Source: a virus (taxonomy: Duplodnaviria > Caudoviricetes). From it: a DNA stretch of 54,996 nt. Shown in pieces: positions 25,394 to 35,682 of the stretch. The notes beneath the pieces are model-generated. The model was not told where the DNA came from. It did no database searches and worked only from the letters and a program-made list of their open reading frames with translations. How positions within the stretch are numbered: position 1 is the stretch's first letter; each line of letters starts with the position of its first letter. The position numbers were made by a program, and so were the translations under genes. Location of the stretch: the IMG/VR virus record IMGVR_UViG_3300037424_001001, positions 1-54,996 of that record; one strand, given 5' to 3'.

Positions 25394-26509
25394 TTACATT
25401 CCGCGGCCGTGGGACGACTGCATGGGCGGGCCAGATTGAGGGACAAGCCCCCTCCCGTTTGCCTTCTGCTCGAGAAAGGCCCGAAGCTCGGCGCGCTTCT
25501 CGGGGGAGAGGAGGCGCACGGTGTAGGCCCTGCCTCCGGGATTTTCGTTCAGGCTGGCAACGACCTCCTCGACGGGGGTGTCGTTCAGGGTTTCGGCATC
25601 CTTGAACATGGCAACCGCCTTGCGGGGGTCCTTTTCGTTGCTCTGGTTCTTCCAGAAACCGAGGAAGGAGTTGACCCGTTCCGGATCGAGGATCGACACC
25701 ACCTTGCCGGTCAGGTCGTCCACCTGCGTGTCTCCCAACATGGCCTGAACGTCTTCGGGGAGATTGGTATATAGGTGCTTGTCGGCATCATCCCCTTCGC
25801 CCCCTTTGGCCTTCCTGGCGTTGGCGGCCTTGACGTTCTCGAGGTCGATATCGGCCTTGGCCTTGAACTTCTCCTTGGCCAGCGGGTCGACTTTTTCGAC
25901 CGGATCGCCGGGGCGGGCAATGCCGTAGCCGGCGAAGAGGTCGTGCATCTCCCCGACAAAAGCATCAGGAGAGAGCGCCACCACCTCGTCACTGCCTTCC
26001 GAGGTCCGATTGCGGGTCAGGACCCCAGTCCCGCCGTCCTTGCGGCGCAGACGGAAGGTGATCTTCTCCCCGTCGCCGGTCTTGAAAGGGACGACCTCGA
26101 GGAGCGGGTTTTCCGGATCCACGTCCGGACTGTCTCCGAGATAGGCGCGGGTCATGTCCATCTGATTGCCGATATCGGCGATAGTGGCGCGGTCCCACTT
26201 GTCGGGGGTCTTCAGATTCCCCTTATTGTCATAGATGGCCTGATTGAAGCGGAGGGCCTGCTGCTGCGCCTTGCGCTGCTCCCGCTGGAAAGACACCTCG
26301 TCCTGGTTGGTATTGAATGCCTGCTCGGCCCGGGCGTTCTGCTCCGTCGCCATGCCCTGGCTGAACCGGGTGTTCTCCTGTTCCCGCATGTCCCGCTTTT
26401 CGGCAAGGTCCATGCGCCGGTTGTCCGACTTGATACCGTGGGCCACCTGAAGTCCGGCCAGAATGCCCCTTGCTGCTCCACCCACTGCTCCACCACTTTT
26501 AAGCGACAT
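25394..26509 (-). CDS. Internal virion/ejection protein (371 aa)
   Basis: Start re-called (MSLKSGG, SD GGAGG); Gly/Ala N-terminus then coiled coil; position. Confidence 0.65.
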   Translation of the reverse strand: MSLKSGGAVGGAARGILAGLQVAHGIKSDNRRMDLAEKRDMREQENTRFSQGMATEQNARAEQAFNTNQDEVSFQREQRKAQQQALRFNQAIYDNKGNLKTPDKWDRATIADIGNQMDMTRAYLGDSPDVDPENPLLEVVPFKTGDGEKITFRLRRKDGGTGVLTRNRTSEGSDEVVALSPDAFVGEMHDLFAGYGIARPGDPVEKVDPLAKEKFKAKADIDLENVKAANARKAKGGEGDDADKHLYTNLPEDVQAMLGDTQVDDLTGKVVSILDPERVNSFLGFWKNQSNEKDPRKAVAMFKDAETLNDTPVEEVVASLNENPGGRAYTVRLLSPEKRAELRAFLEQKANGRGLVPQSGPPMQSSHGRGM

Positions 26510-26520
26510 CGTTTCCTCCG

Positions 26521-27099
26521 TTAGCTGGTCGCGGCAACACCGGCACCAAGGCCGATCGCTCCGCCAATCACTGCGCCCCATGGTCCGCCAACCGTTGCCC
26601 CCGTCGCTACGCCCGTCATTGCCGAGCCGGCGATAGTGTTGTTTTTGCCCTGAGCAATCTGGTCGTTTGTGGCGTCCCGCTCGTTCCGGCGCCGGGCGGC
26701 GTCCAGCATCCCCTGTTCGGCCGAGCTTGCCATCCCGCGGCCGAGGCGCGCCATATCGACGGAGGTATTCACATCCCGCTCGAAGCCCATGGCCCGCACG
26801 TTATCGGATGTCTCACCCTGAGCCAGCGCCTCGCGGATCTGGCTACGGCGATCCTCGAAGGCTTTTTCTTCTTCGCTGCGCATGTCGCCGTACCGCTGGC
26901 GGAAGTCGGCGGTGGAGTTTCGCCCCGCCTGGAAGCCACTGGTGACCATCCCCTTTGCTTCGGCGATCTGGCGATTAATGGCTCCGGTGCTGAACAGGTC
27001 ACCAAAAACCTGATCCTCGACCGGGCCGGCAGTATCAAGGTAGAACTGATACTTCTCCCGGGTGAGAGCGGCGGCTTGTCGGTCTTCGGATGTCGCCAT
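26521..27099 (-). CDS. Internal virion/ejection protein with C-terminal glycine zipper
   Basis: GATVGGPWGAVIGGAIGLGAG. Confidence 0.7.
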   Translation of the reverse strand: MATSEDRQAAALTREKYQFYLDTAGPVEDQVFGDLFSTGAINRQIAEAKGMVTSGFQAGRNSTADFRQRYGDMRSEEEKAFEDRRSQIREALAQGETSDNVRAMGFERDVNTSVDMARLGRGMASSAEQGMLDAARRRNERDATNDQIAQGKNNTIAGSAMTGVATGATVGGPWGAVIGGAIGLGAGVAATS

Positions 27100-27166
27100 G
27101 CGGGGCTCCTTTTTCTTTTTGGCGTTATTCTACGGGGAAGAGATCTTTGGCGGTGAGCTTGCCGGG

Positions 27167-27718
27167 TCAGCTCTTGGCGGGGATTGAACCAATACCGAAA
27201 CCGACGGCGGTTCCTGCGGCCTCTCCCCATCCGGCAGCGGCATCGGCATCGGCCATACTGCGGGCGAGATCTCCCTGGCCGGTGATATCGCCCTGCATCC
27301 CGTAGGACTTCATGGTTTGCGCTTCGATTTCGCGTCCGGTGGCAATCACGTTCTTGCCGAGTTCCCGGCGCTGCGTCTCCCGCTGCTGCAGGACATTGGT
27401 TCCGCCGGCGCCCATGGCCTCACCCTGAGTGTCGCCGGTTTCGGCAATGCGGTCGGAGACGGCGCCGCTGTTCGGGTTGATGCCCCGGGAAGTGGCATTC
27501 TTGACGATCCCGCTGCGGCCGTCTTTGAAGGCGACGGCGGCGTCCGATCCGACCTGAGAAAGCTCATTCTCCCGGCGGAGAGTTTTGTCCGTAGCGATAT
27601 TGGCCAGAACCTTCTCACTGGGGAGGAACTTTTCCTTGGCGTGGGCCCACTGCTTTACAGCGATCTCCTGCCCGGCCTTCTCCGCCTCGGTCGCTTCAAC
27701 CTCGTCATTTTTGCCCAT
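27167..27718 (-). CDS. Internal virion/ejection protein (183 aa)
   Basis: Start re-called (MGKNDEVE); Gly/Ala-rich C-terminus. Confidence 0.65.
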   Translation of the reverse strand: MGKNDEVEATEAEKAGQEIAVKQWAHAKEKFLPSEKVLANIATDKTLRRENELSQVGSDAAVAFKDGRSGIVKNATSRGINPNSGAVSDRIAETGDTQGEAMGAGGTNVLQQRETQRRELGKNVIATGREIEAQTMKSYGMQGDITGQGDLARSMADADAAAGWGEAAGTAVGFGIGSIPAKS

Positions 27719-28116
27719 CAAAGAGTCCTTTCGTAGACAATGCGGTCGATCTTCCAGCCCCCGCGGCGCTCGAATCCGCGACGGGTCGAATCCATCCGCA
27801 GGGAATAACATCCGTCGCTGCGGGCAATCTTCTCGACGGCGGCCATGAATTTGCCCTGAGCATCGGAATCGGGACACCAAGCGGCAATGATGGTCGCTAT
27901 CTGCTTTTCCCGGGGGAACGAAATCATTCCCTTCTGCAGGATGATGAAACCAGGGGATCCGTCGCCGGCCATGAACAGGCTGGCCCTGCCGTTTTCGACA
28001 AGGCGGAAAACGTCCTCGGGCATCCATTCGGCGCCGCTTTCGGCAACGATCTCGGCCAGGCCCTTGCGGACCATTTCCCAATTTTCGCGGATGTCGGAGA
28101 CAACAAGAATCTTCAT
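27718..28116 (-). CDS. GNAT-fold head/tail assembly protein
   Basis: GFIIL...AR..GC......STRRGFER pattern; located between nozzle and ejection genes as in podoviruses. Confidence 0.6.
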   Translation of the reverse strand: MKILVVSDIRENWEMVRKGLAEIVAESGAEWMPEDVFRLVENGRASLFMAGDGSPGFIILQKGMISFPREKQIATIIAAWCPDSDAQGKFMAAVEKIARSDGCYSLRMDSTRRGFERRGGWKIDRIVYERTL

Positions 28117-28122
28117 GTGGTC

Positions 28123-28151
28123 ACATTACAGGTTATCCCGCGGTTTCGCTA
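28123..28151 (-). promoter_or_regulatory. Putative promoter TAGCGA-N17-TAATGT (leaderless transcript)
   Basis: The -10 ends 6 nt before the ATG at 28116; no SD. Confidence 0.45.
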
Positions 28152-28167
28152 CCGTTTTGCGTCAGGA

Positions 28168-28911
28168 TCAGAAGGCGATAGCGGAGAGGAGACGCCAGGT
28201 CGTGCCGTTGTCGATGGTCGCCAGGTCGAACCAGTGCGTCTTGCTCACCTCGATGACCGGCGGCGTGATGCCGGCGGGCCAGGTCACGACGGGGACGACG
28301 GAACCGGAAACGAGAATCAGCGTCATGCGCGAGACGTTGCGCCCCGAAGGGACATCGGTGAAGGAGAGGGTGCAGTCCACTGAACCAAGGGTCAGTTCGG
28401 CATGACCGTAGGGGATGGGGATGGCGCCGCCGGCACTTCCGTCGGCTGCATCGGCGAGGGTCGGGGGGAGGGCATGGGCCGATGCCGCATGATCAACGGC
28501 CGTCGTGATATCGGTCTGCTCCTCGACCGTCGTTCCGTGCTGAGTCGCTGTATGGTCGGCAAGGCCGTGGTCTCCATGGTCGAAGGCCGCGACGGTCGCA
28601 CCGATATCGCCGTCCACCAGCACGTCGGCATGACTCGTTTCGTTGATGGCGGTGTTGTCGGCATTGGTCGGAGCGTGAGTAGAAAGGGCATGTGTATCGC
28701 CACTGGAGGCAATCCGAACCACCTTGGTAATGACCTGCTGCACGTCGGCGGGAACGGAGTTGGCCGCGGCGCCGACCGCGTTACCGGTAGCAACCCCCCC
28801 GGCGGAGCCCATGCGCTGAAACCACAACCGCACTTCGTCGATGGCCTTGCGGAGTTCCTGCGGCGTCGGATTGGACGAAAGGCTCTGAATGGTCGGAGGT
28901 TTGACGCTCAT
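28168..28911 (-). CDS. Putative tail-associated protein (His-rich middle)
   Basis: Coupled to the nozzle gene; C-terminal V.WP...FDL.T.D.G..W fiber-like domain. Confidence 0.55.
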   Translation of the reverse strand: MSVKPPTIQSLSSNPTPQELRKAIDEVRLWFQRMGSAGGVATGNAVGAAANSVPADVQQVITKVVRIASSGDTHALSTHAPTNADNTAINETSHADVLVDGDIGATVAAFDHGDHGLADHTATQHGTTVEEQTDITTAVDHAASAHALPPTLADAADGSAGGAIPIPYGHAELTLGSVDCTLSFTDVPSGRNVSRMTLILVSGSVVPVVTWPAGITPPVIEVSKTHWFDLATIDNGTTWRLLSAIAF

Positions 28912-31568
28912 ATCTTCTGGATCTCCTCCATCGTTTCGGCAATCGCCACCGACTGGACTTCGCTTGTGCCCTCCAGGGCCAGCCGGTAGCGGTTATTCTT
29001 CTCTTCGCCGGCCAGCCAGAAGGGTTCGCCGTCGAGGATCGGCTGTTCGTGTTTCAGTGTCGCCCCGGCGTAGACCCGCAGGGTGATGTCGTCGTAATCG
29101 ACGGCTTCGACCTTGGCGCAAACCATGTTGACCGGCGATGGCAAAATATACTCCTTGGCCTCCCACTGGTAGGTGAGTCTGCCTGCTCCGGTGTTCCACC
29201 GGATGATCTCCCCGTCGACGACCAGATAGAGGCTGTCGGTTGTTTCGTCGGACCAGGCGGCTGTCGCGTGGAGGTCCAACGTCTGCCAGGGGGCAAGCTC
29301 GTTGTCCGGATCGACGACAAAGCCGCCCCTTGTCACCCCGTTATCCCAGAAGCCGTAGTAGCGGCCATCGTGAACCACCCCGAGGATAGAGGAGGGATTG
29401 AACAATCGCCACGTCTCCCGGTCGATCAGAGGGCGTGAGAGGAGATCGGCAAAGCCCGGGCCGACCCCGGCGATACCGTCCGGAGCGGCGAACATGACGA
29501 TGCCGCCGGACACGGCGACACTGCGGGTGCTCTCACAGGTCTGCTTGAGCTCGAAGAAGTCCGGACCCATGGCGGCCGGATCGGAACCAGTGAGAAGCTG
29601 CGGCCGTCCGCCGGGGAGCAGCACGACAATGGAAGAGCCGAAGGCTCCGATTGCCGCCGGTTCTTCGACGTAGGCGTAGCGTTGCGCCAGCGGCCAGGCG
29701 TGAAGCTGGTAGGGGACGCTGATCAGGACTTCCTTCCCGCTGATCCCGGCAGCGGCCCCGTTGGGTAGCAGAAGCAGATTGCGCAGATCGTTCGGAGGGG
29801 AAAGCCAGTTCTCGCTGACCAGTAGGGGCTGTACCGGCAGATCGGAGCCGGTCACGGTGTCGGAGAAGAGTGTTTCGCCGACCTCCACCTCGCCGACGCG
29901 GTAGAGCTCACCGGAGAGAGATCTGTAGATACGAACATGGGTGAGACTGGCAGGATTCCCGGCTGCAGGTTGGCATGCGGAAAGATCCAGGGTCGCCTCC
30001 TGGTCGAGAAAGGCGGAGACGATGGAGGAGATGTCGCCGGGGGCGCCTTCTTCGGTGATGCCGTTGATCGTTCGGGCGAAGGTCGCAAGGTAAAAGCGGT
30101 CGGAGAGTTCAGCAAAGTTTCCGGTAGCACCGCCTATGACAACGAGGCTTTCCACCTCCTCGTTATATTCGACACCGGAGGTGTGCTTGACGTGGATAAT
30201 GTCGCCGTTTGTGACCATCCCTGGCTCGGTCGTAAAAGGGGACAAGTTGATCGAATATTCTCCTACCTCGATGCGAATTGGTGTTGGAAAATCAAGGCCA
30301 GAAACAACAAACGGCTGTGAAATTGCAAAAGCTGAAGGCTGCACGTTTAAAAGTGGCTCAAAGGTAGGTGGTGTTGCAAATTGTGCTTCTTCGTTTGGGA
30401 GACATGTCCTAGTGGTAAATGTCCCAGGAATACCTCCGATAATTAATGTGGCAACAGTTTCAGCGTCATAGGCAGCCGATGATTTAACTCTCACATGAAC
30501 GACATCACCGTTTCCGCAGGTAAACAGAGATCCAAAGTCAGTCGTAAATAATCCAGGAGTTGAAACGTTGCCTACCGGTCCATAAGTCACAGTACCTGCC
30601 GGATAAGTGAATTGGGTGCTACCAACGGCGGCCTCTCCACCAACAATACTTATGGCTACACCACTATAAGTATCGAGTCCAGATACTGTGAATGGTGGGA
30701 AGTAAATCCAAGCATCAATGGGTTGGTTTGTTTTTGATTCGCCACCAAAGACATCTGGTGCAATGTCTATAACGCCGGCCGAGATTACAGTGGTAAAGGT
30801 TGTCAGATATCCGCCTACCGTCACGTTGGTTGTCGTAACAAGCCCTGCAGTATGCTTACATAGGTTACAAATAACCAACCTGTCGCCATTGGCAACCTTC
30901 CCGATAGTCGTAACATTTTCCTTGCCATTGATAAAAAAAGTGGGGTAGTACCCATCAACGGAAGTCCTGACAACAGAAATATCTGCAGTAGAATTCAGTC
31001 CAGTGATAATAACTTCTTCTGAATACATTCGCAGAATATCAAAACCCATGGCTCCAAGACTGGCACCATAGCGAGTATTAATCTTGGAGGCAAAAACAAA
31101 GGGATCAGGGGAGGTATCTTGCGCTATACCGCTCCAGACTTTTGATTTAAATGTCCCGGTGGTCTGTCCCGTCAAAACCGCACTCGGCGCGCCAGGCACC
31201 GGAATAGCCAGGGGGATACTGCCTATTGGATAGTCCGTCCCGCCGCCCATGGTCGCCATGGTCGCGTCGGTGAACCGCGGAACGTCGGTGCCGGTGAAAT
31301 AAACACGCTTCTGCGTGTCGGCCGCCAGGGGAGACTTAACGACGTGAACGTCCTCCGGCCAGTGGAACCAGGACGTGTCGTTAAAAAGGAAGATGCTCTT
31401 GATCGGCCCGGCCTTGGTTGGCGTCCAAATGTCCTCGGTGTCGCGCAGAGAGCGTAGGTTTCCCGACAGAAGATCGCAGTTCTGCGCTACCCGCGCCATG
31501 TTGGAGGGAAGCAGGTTTTCTGCCACTCGCGGGATAGATCCGCCGAACTTCTCTTGACGAATATACAT
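28908..31568 (-). CDS. Tail nozzle / DNA stabilization protein with inserted Ig-like repeats
   Basis: F.G..PR N-terminus; S.PYQ.HAWP beta-propeller-type C-terminal half; position after the adaptor. Confidence 0.7.
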   Translation of the reverse strand: MYIRQEKFGGSIPRVAENLLPSNMARVAQNCDLLSGNLRSLRDTEDIWTPTKAGPIKSIFLFNDTSWFHWPEDVHVVKSPLAADTQKRVYFTGTDVPRFTDATMATMGGGTDYPIGSIPLAIPVPGAPSAVLTGQTTGTFKSKVWSGIAQDTSPDPFVFASKINTRYGASLGAMGFDILRMYSEEVIITGLNSTADISVVRTSVDGYYPTFFINGKENVTTIGKVANGDRLVICNLCKHTAGLVTTTNVTVGGYLTTFTTVISAGVIDIAPDVFGGESKTNQPIDAWIYFPPFTVSGLDTYSGVAISIVGGEAAVGSTQFTYPAGTVTYGPVGNVSTPGLFTTDFGSLFTCGNGDVVHVRVKSSAAYDAETVATLIIGGIPGTFTTRTCLPNEEAQFATPPTFEPLLNVQPSAFAISQPFVVSGLDFPTPIRIEVGEYSINLSPFTTEPGMVTNGDIIHVKHTSGVEYNEEVESLVVIGGATGNFAELSDRFYLATFARTINGITEEGAPGDISSIVSAFLDQEATLDLSACQPAAGNPASLTHVRIYRSLSGELYRVGEVEVGETLFSDTVTGSDLPVQPLLVSENWLSPPNDLRNLLLLPNGAAAGISGKEVLISVPYQLHAWPLAQRYAYVEEPAAIGAFGSSIVVLLPGGRPQLLTGSDPAAMGPDFFELKQTCESTRSVAVSGGIVMFAAPDGIAGVGPGFADLLSRPLIDRETWRLFNPSSILGVVHDGRYYGFWDNGVTRGGFVVDPDNELAPWQTLDLHATAAWSDETTDSLYLVVDGEIIRWNTGAGRLTYQWEAKEYILPSPVNMVCAKVEAVDYDDITLRVYAGATLKHEQPILDGEPFWLAGEEKNNRYRLALEGTSEVQSVAIAETMEEIQKI

Positions 31569-31569
31569 G

Positions 31570-32250
31570 TCAGATAATCTCCGGATAGACTCTGTGGCGG
31601 TAGCTGGTGTTTCCTCGCAAGGCGTTGATCAGGGCCTCGCTGGTGCCTGTGCGGAAACGGCGCATGTGAAAATCGGAAAGGGGTAGGTCGGTCCACGCCT
31701 TCTTGCTCATGGAGAAGAGTTTCCCCAAAACGCCGCTGACGATCACCCCCTCATAGTCGTTGAGGACCCGGCTGTCGCCCCAGGGGGACAGGAGCGTCGG
31801 GCACAGGACGGCCTCAATTTGCAGTTCCCCGCCGGCAGCCGCGACATTGGGCACCGGATAGAGCCCGATTCTCTGCGGCGTCGGATGCAGGAAATACCGC
31901 GGCTGATTTCCCGAGGCGGCGTTGACCGGGCGGCGGACCATTGGCGCCAAGGGGGTGCTGTTGATCCAGGCCCGGTTGACGGCAAAGACTTCGTACCCGG
32001 CAGGGGAAACCATCGGGTATTCCGCCTGCCCGTCGACCATGATCACGGCCTCAAGCTCCTCAATGTGCGCCTGCGCCTTCTGGCAAAAGGTCCGCGTGAT
32101 GTCAAGCAGTGCCTTTTCGATCATCGGGTCCGGGCAACTGGGAACCTCCGGGGAGATCAGTGGGATCATACTGGCGAAGAGGCGGAAGGTCGCCGTGTCC
32201 GCTGGCGGGACTGGTATTGGAATGTCCGACGACTGCAGGATGATGGTCAT
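31570..32250 (-). CDS. Head-tail adaptor / tail tubular protein A-like
   Basis: P.CPDPMI...FC, G..EY and LYPVP motifs. Confidence 0.65.
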   Translation of the reverse strand: MTIILQSSDIPIPVPPADTATFRLFASMIPLISPEVPSCPDPMIEKALLDITRTFCQKAQAHIEELEAVIMVDGQAEYPMVSPAGYEVFAVNRAWINSTPLAPMVRRPVNAASGNQPRYFLHPTPQRIGLYPVPNVAAAGGELQIEAVLCPTLLSPWGDSRVLNDYEGVIVSGVLGKLFSMSKKAWTDLPLSDFHMRRFRTGTSEALINALRGNTSYRHRVYPEII

Positions 32251-32274
32251 GGTATCCGCCTTTCGTTATTATCT

Positions 32275-32382
32275 TTAAAGCACCTGATAGTTGTACCCGA
32301 CGCCGATGGTCCACTTTTTTGCGCTGCACAGGTAGGGTTCGAGGCGCAATCCTTCATGGAAAATCAATAGTTTTTTAATCAT
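32275..32382 (-). pseudogene. Truncated GH24 (T4-type) lysozyme N-terminus, 35 aa
   Basis: MIKKLLIFHEGLRLEPYLCSAKKWTIGVGYNYQVL* matches HEG.R..PY.C...TIG.G.N. Confidence 0.75.
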
Positions 32383-32445
32383 GGGATCGCCTTTCTATCA
32401 CTGTTGATTATTGCCCTGTACCGCGCCGATTGCTTTGGCACCAAT

Positions 32446-34635
32446 TTACAGATTGCCCTCACTAACCCATGTACCTGGTGTTCCTGCCACTGTGCAAACC
32501 CACGCTTTGGGTTGACCGACAGTCGGAGACGTATTGACAACCCTGTCCCCTACAGCCCATGTGTTAGCCGAAGGTGCAGCGTTCCATGCTGGTAGCGGGT
32601 TAGCTTGCCGGGTTTGTTGAAAGGCAGCGCTGAAAATGTTATAAACCGCGCCACCGGCTAAAGCTGGGTTTGCCACCGCCAAGACCAGCCCAATATTGGC
32701 AGATCCACCCGGCGTAATAAATGGGACAGAAACCGAATCGGGGTTTCTGTTAATAGGCAGTTGCAGTTCTTTGACGGAGGCTCCCCATGTTCTCGCTACA
32801 AAGTCCCAATAAGCGGAGTTTGTGTAGTCGTAAATTTGCAATAACAAGGGACTGCCGTCTTCATCTGCAGACCCGTTCATATACTCGATTACTGCATAAA
32901 ATTGCGTACTGGCAGGCATTGCGTAATGTGTCTGCGTCAGCGATACCGTAAACGCCGGGCTGGCGGCCATGGTGAATTTGGCAGAATACTGGGAATGCGT
33001 CTGCGGGCGAAGTAGACGGCTAGAGTCTGCCGTTATCGTGCCGCTTCCCCCAGGGGTTGAGTGACTCCATCCGGTAAACACTCCCGCTGCAAAGACGTTA
33101 AACGATTGATTTGCTGTTAATCTTTCACGGGCAGTGCGCTTAATCTCTTTGTAAACTGTGTTGATTCCATAATCGACCACCGCTGTCAGATCATAGGAAT
33201 CCATTTGGCTTATATCGGTAAGGTAGGCCATCGACCCAAGATGAAAATATTTATTGGTGTCGGAAAAATCATGGATCTTGCCTGAAAATTTGGTATTTCT
33301 GGCGTAATCAATATCTATAATCCCGGTTGTTCTAACCGTTTTGTTTACCGTATCGGTGCTGTAAATATTGGTATTGTCGAATTTGGTGCCGGAGTCGTCG
33401 CGTATTCTGATGGATGGTTCGCCCCCGGTGCCGTTCGCTTCGAGCCAGCAATTGACAAACGAGTGCCCGCCCGCCGCGTTTAGTATCTGCGATGTCGGCA
33501 GGAAAGCCCCACTATATTGCCCGTCAATGTCAATGCCGATTCCGACAGTGTTTTCAATGTTGCAGCCAATGAAAGTGTTGCCTACTCCTCGATTAAGGAT
33601 GATCCCTTTGCCAGCCCCGGCTCTAAACTTACAGGCCATAAAGGTATTATTGTTGGAATACTGGTTTAGCGCAGCATTGCCAGAAATTTTCATTCCCGTG
33701 ACGGATGCACTCTGGACATCTACATTGTTGAACGTGTTCCAAATCGTATTGTACAGCTCAAGACCTGTCCCGACGCTTTCGATATGAACATTTTCAATGT
33801 AGTTGTGCCCTCCAAGGTTCACCTTAATGCCCGATCCTGTTGCACCCACTGCCGTAATCGCTCCGATTGAAATATCAGATACACGATTCCTTCCGGACAA
33901 TTCCAAGACGGTCTGGGTGTTATCAGTGGTGGAAAGTTGAGTACTGCCAAACCACGTATTTCCTTGCCCTTGCAAAGAGACACCGATAGGGAGGACGATG
34001 GTGTCGTTAATCCATATTATTCCGGAAGGGAGAGTGACCTTACCACCGCCCCCGGCCATAGCCTGCACAGCAGCAATCGTCGCACGAATTGCTGTGACGT
34101 TGACGGTGGCTTTAGACTGGTCGTTTCCTGCTGCAACACCAAACATAAGGACATTAATAGGGCCCCCTGTCTCTGTCACCCACGCCGCACTCCCATCCCC
34201 ACCAGTCGGCACGATGATCGACCCGCCATCATCTGGCTCCACCCCGGTTTCAGCCGTGTAATAGCCAACAGCTTTCCCATCCACCCACCGCCGTACCGGC
34301 CCCCCGCCGCCATCCCCAGCCTCGTAGTAGCCGAGGGGCTGCACAGCCGACCGCCCCGGTGAACCGGTGATCAGCCGCAGATCGGCGATGGTGTCGACTC
34401 TGTGGATGATCCCGCTGGCAGCCGTACCGACTTCGATGCTGCCGGTTGAGATAGAGTCGACCGTGGACACACCATTGACGGTCAAATCGTTGGTGGTGGT
34501 GGTGCCATTGACGGTCAAATCGTTGGTTTCAACGGCGGTCGCCTTGAATGGAGCGGTCGCCGACCATCCGGAAATGGGGAGAACAAGGGTCAACGCCAGT
34601 GCAGCAAACGACAGAATGCGAGTGAAACGGTACAT
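32446..34635 (-). CDS. Tailspike / depolymerase with right-handed beta-helix
   Basis: TIADLR...GYY..GDGGGG; NV..FG; Asn-rich coils; C-terminal WVCTVAGTPGTW; lower GC. Confidence 0.8.
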   Translation of the reverse strand: MYRFTRILSFAALALTLVLPISGWSATAPFKATAVETNDLTVNGTTTTNDLTVNGVSTVDSISTGSIEVGTAASGIIHRVDTIADLRLITGSPGRSAVQPLGYYEAGDGGGGPVRRWVDGKAVGYYTAETGVEPDDGGSIIVPTGGDGSAAWVTETGGPINVLMFGVAAGNDQSKATVNVTAIRATIAAVQAMAGGGGKVTLPSGIIWINDTIVLPIGVSLQGQGNTWFGSTQLSTTDNTQTVLELSGRNRVSDISIGAITAVGATGSGIKVNLGGHNYIENVHIESVGTGLELYNTIWNTFNNVDVQSASVTGMKISGNAALNQYSNNNTFMACKFRAGAGKGIILNRGVGNTFIGCNIENTVGIGIDIDGQYSGAFLPTSQILNAAGGHSFVNCWLEANGTGGEPSIRIRDDSGTKFDNTNIYSTDTVNKTVRTTGIIDIDYARNTKFSGKIHDFSDTNKYFHLGSMAYLTDISQMDSYDLTAVVDYGINTVYKEIKRTARERLTANQSFNVFAAGVFTGWSHSTPGGSGTITADSSRLLRPQTHSQYSAKFTMAASPAFTVSLTQTHYAMPASTQFYAVIEYMNGSADEDGSPLLLQIYDYTNSAYWDFVARTWGASVKELQLPINRNPDSVSVPFITPGGSANIGLVLAVANPALAGGAVYNIFSAAFQQTRQANPLPAWNAAPSANTWAVGDRVVNTSPTVGQPKAWVCTVAGTPGTWVSEGNL

Positions 34636-34649
34636 TTTAAACCTCCTTG

Positions 34650-35207
34650 TTATCCGATGCGGTTCCAGGCGGAAACGCCGTCAGGGGAAAACTCCATGAA
34701 TTCGCCGGGCATGTTCGAGTCGTAACTGACCGCCTCACCTTCGACCGTTTCTCCGGGCTGCGGGGTATGCAGCACAAGATTGGCCGTAGCATCGATCTTC
34801 TTGCATCGGAGCCTGCGGGCCGAGGCCGAGGCGGCAGAAAGGAAGACGATGGAGACGGGACCGGTCGTGCAGTCCTCGATGATCTCGGCGTCCCCGACCT
34901 GCACCGAGTAGGGCGATTCAGCAGCGGTCACGACGACGCGCCGGCCGTCTCCGGCCCGCACATTCGACACTTCGGCGGGGAGATCAAAGCCGGCCTTCGA
35001 GACGACGAGATCATAGAGACCGCCGACGAGGTAGAGGGTGAAGCCGCCGCTGGCGTTGGTGGCCTGCGGGTTGGCTACCGGGGTTACCCCGTCGGCCTGG
35101 TACAGGCTGGCCGGGGACCCATCCTTGTTATTGACCTGGACGAGAGCGTCGGAGACGGGCGCTCCGTTGCTGTCCAGCACGGTGTCGCTGTAGGGAAAAA
35201 CGATCAT
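34650..35207 (-). CDS. Tail fiber/tailspike adaptor-like protein
   Basis: ASLYQADG...NPQATNASGGF...G.YDL head-binding-like motif. Confidence 0.55.
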   Translation of the reverse strand: MIVFPYSDTVLDSNGAPVSDALVQVNNKDGSPASLYQADGVTPVANPQATNASGGFTLYLVGGLYDLVVSKAGFDLPAEVSNVRAGDGRRVVVTAAESPYSVQVGDAEIIEDCTTGPVSIVFLSAASASARRLRCKKIDATANLVLHTPQPGETVEGEAVSYDSNMPGEFMEFSPDGVSAWNRIG

Positions 35208-35226
35208 AGGGCCTCCGGGAAAGCGT

Positions 35227-35682
35227 TTAGAGAAAGGCAGTCAGGTCGACCTCGAGAGGCCGGGGAGCGACAAGCAGGGGCTTTTTGTGAACCGGATCGG
35301 CAGCACCGGCGGCGCACTTACGAACCGCCCGTAGCCAGAGCCGGGCCCGCCACTTCCACATGCCGTCCTCGACGCAGATTCGATAAAGTTCCTGGTCGGC
35401 AATATCGCGGGCATCGATCGGCAGAAGCTCTGCACGGAGAAGCTGATAGAGGGCATCGTGAACAAGAGATCCGCGGATTGACGACGGGGTGTCAAACGTC
35501 GGGCCGCTCGGGCCGTCCCAGGCGTAGCCGCTACGGATAATCAATTCCCCTTCGGGCGTCAACGTGATGAATTCGGTTGACCGGCCCATCGCGTAACACA
35601 GAGGGACCTTCTCCGTATATGTTGCCGCAAGCTGATACTTGTATCCGGCCCGGTACGCGACTCTCCGTTGCATGGCAGTCAT
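35227..35682 (-). CDS. DUF1353-like protein
   Basis: GYAWDGPSGP...SLVHDALY...AD motif. Confidence 0.7.
   Translation of the reverse strand: MTAMQRRVAYRAGYKYQLAATYTEKVPLCYAMGRSTEFITLTPEGELIIRSGYAWDGPSGPTFDTPSSIRGSLVHDALYQLLRAELLPIDARDIADQELYRICVEDGMWKWRARLWLRAVRKCAAGAADPVHKKPLLVAPRPLEVDLTAFL

Noticed and set aside
32446-34635. Diversity-generating retroelement targeting the tailspike
   Set aside because: No reverse transcriptase and no TR/VR pair were seen. The short TNDLTVNG duplication is an ordinary coding repeat.
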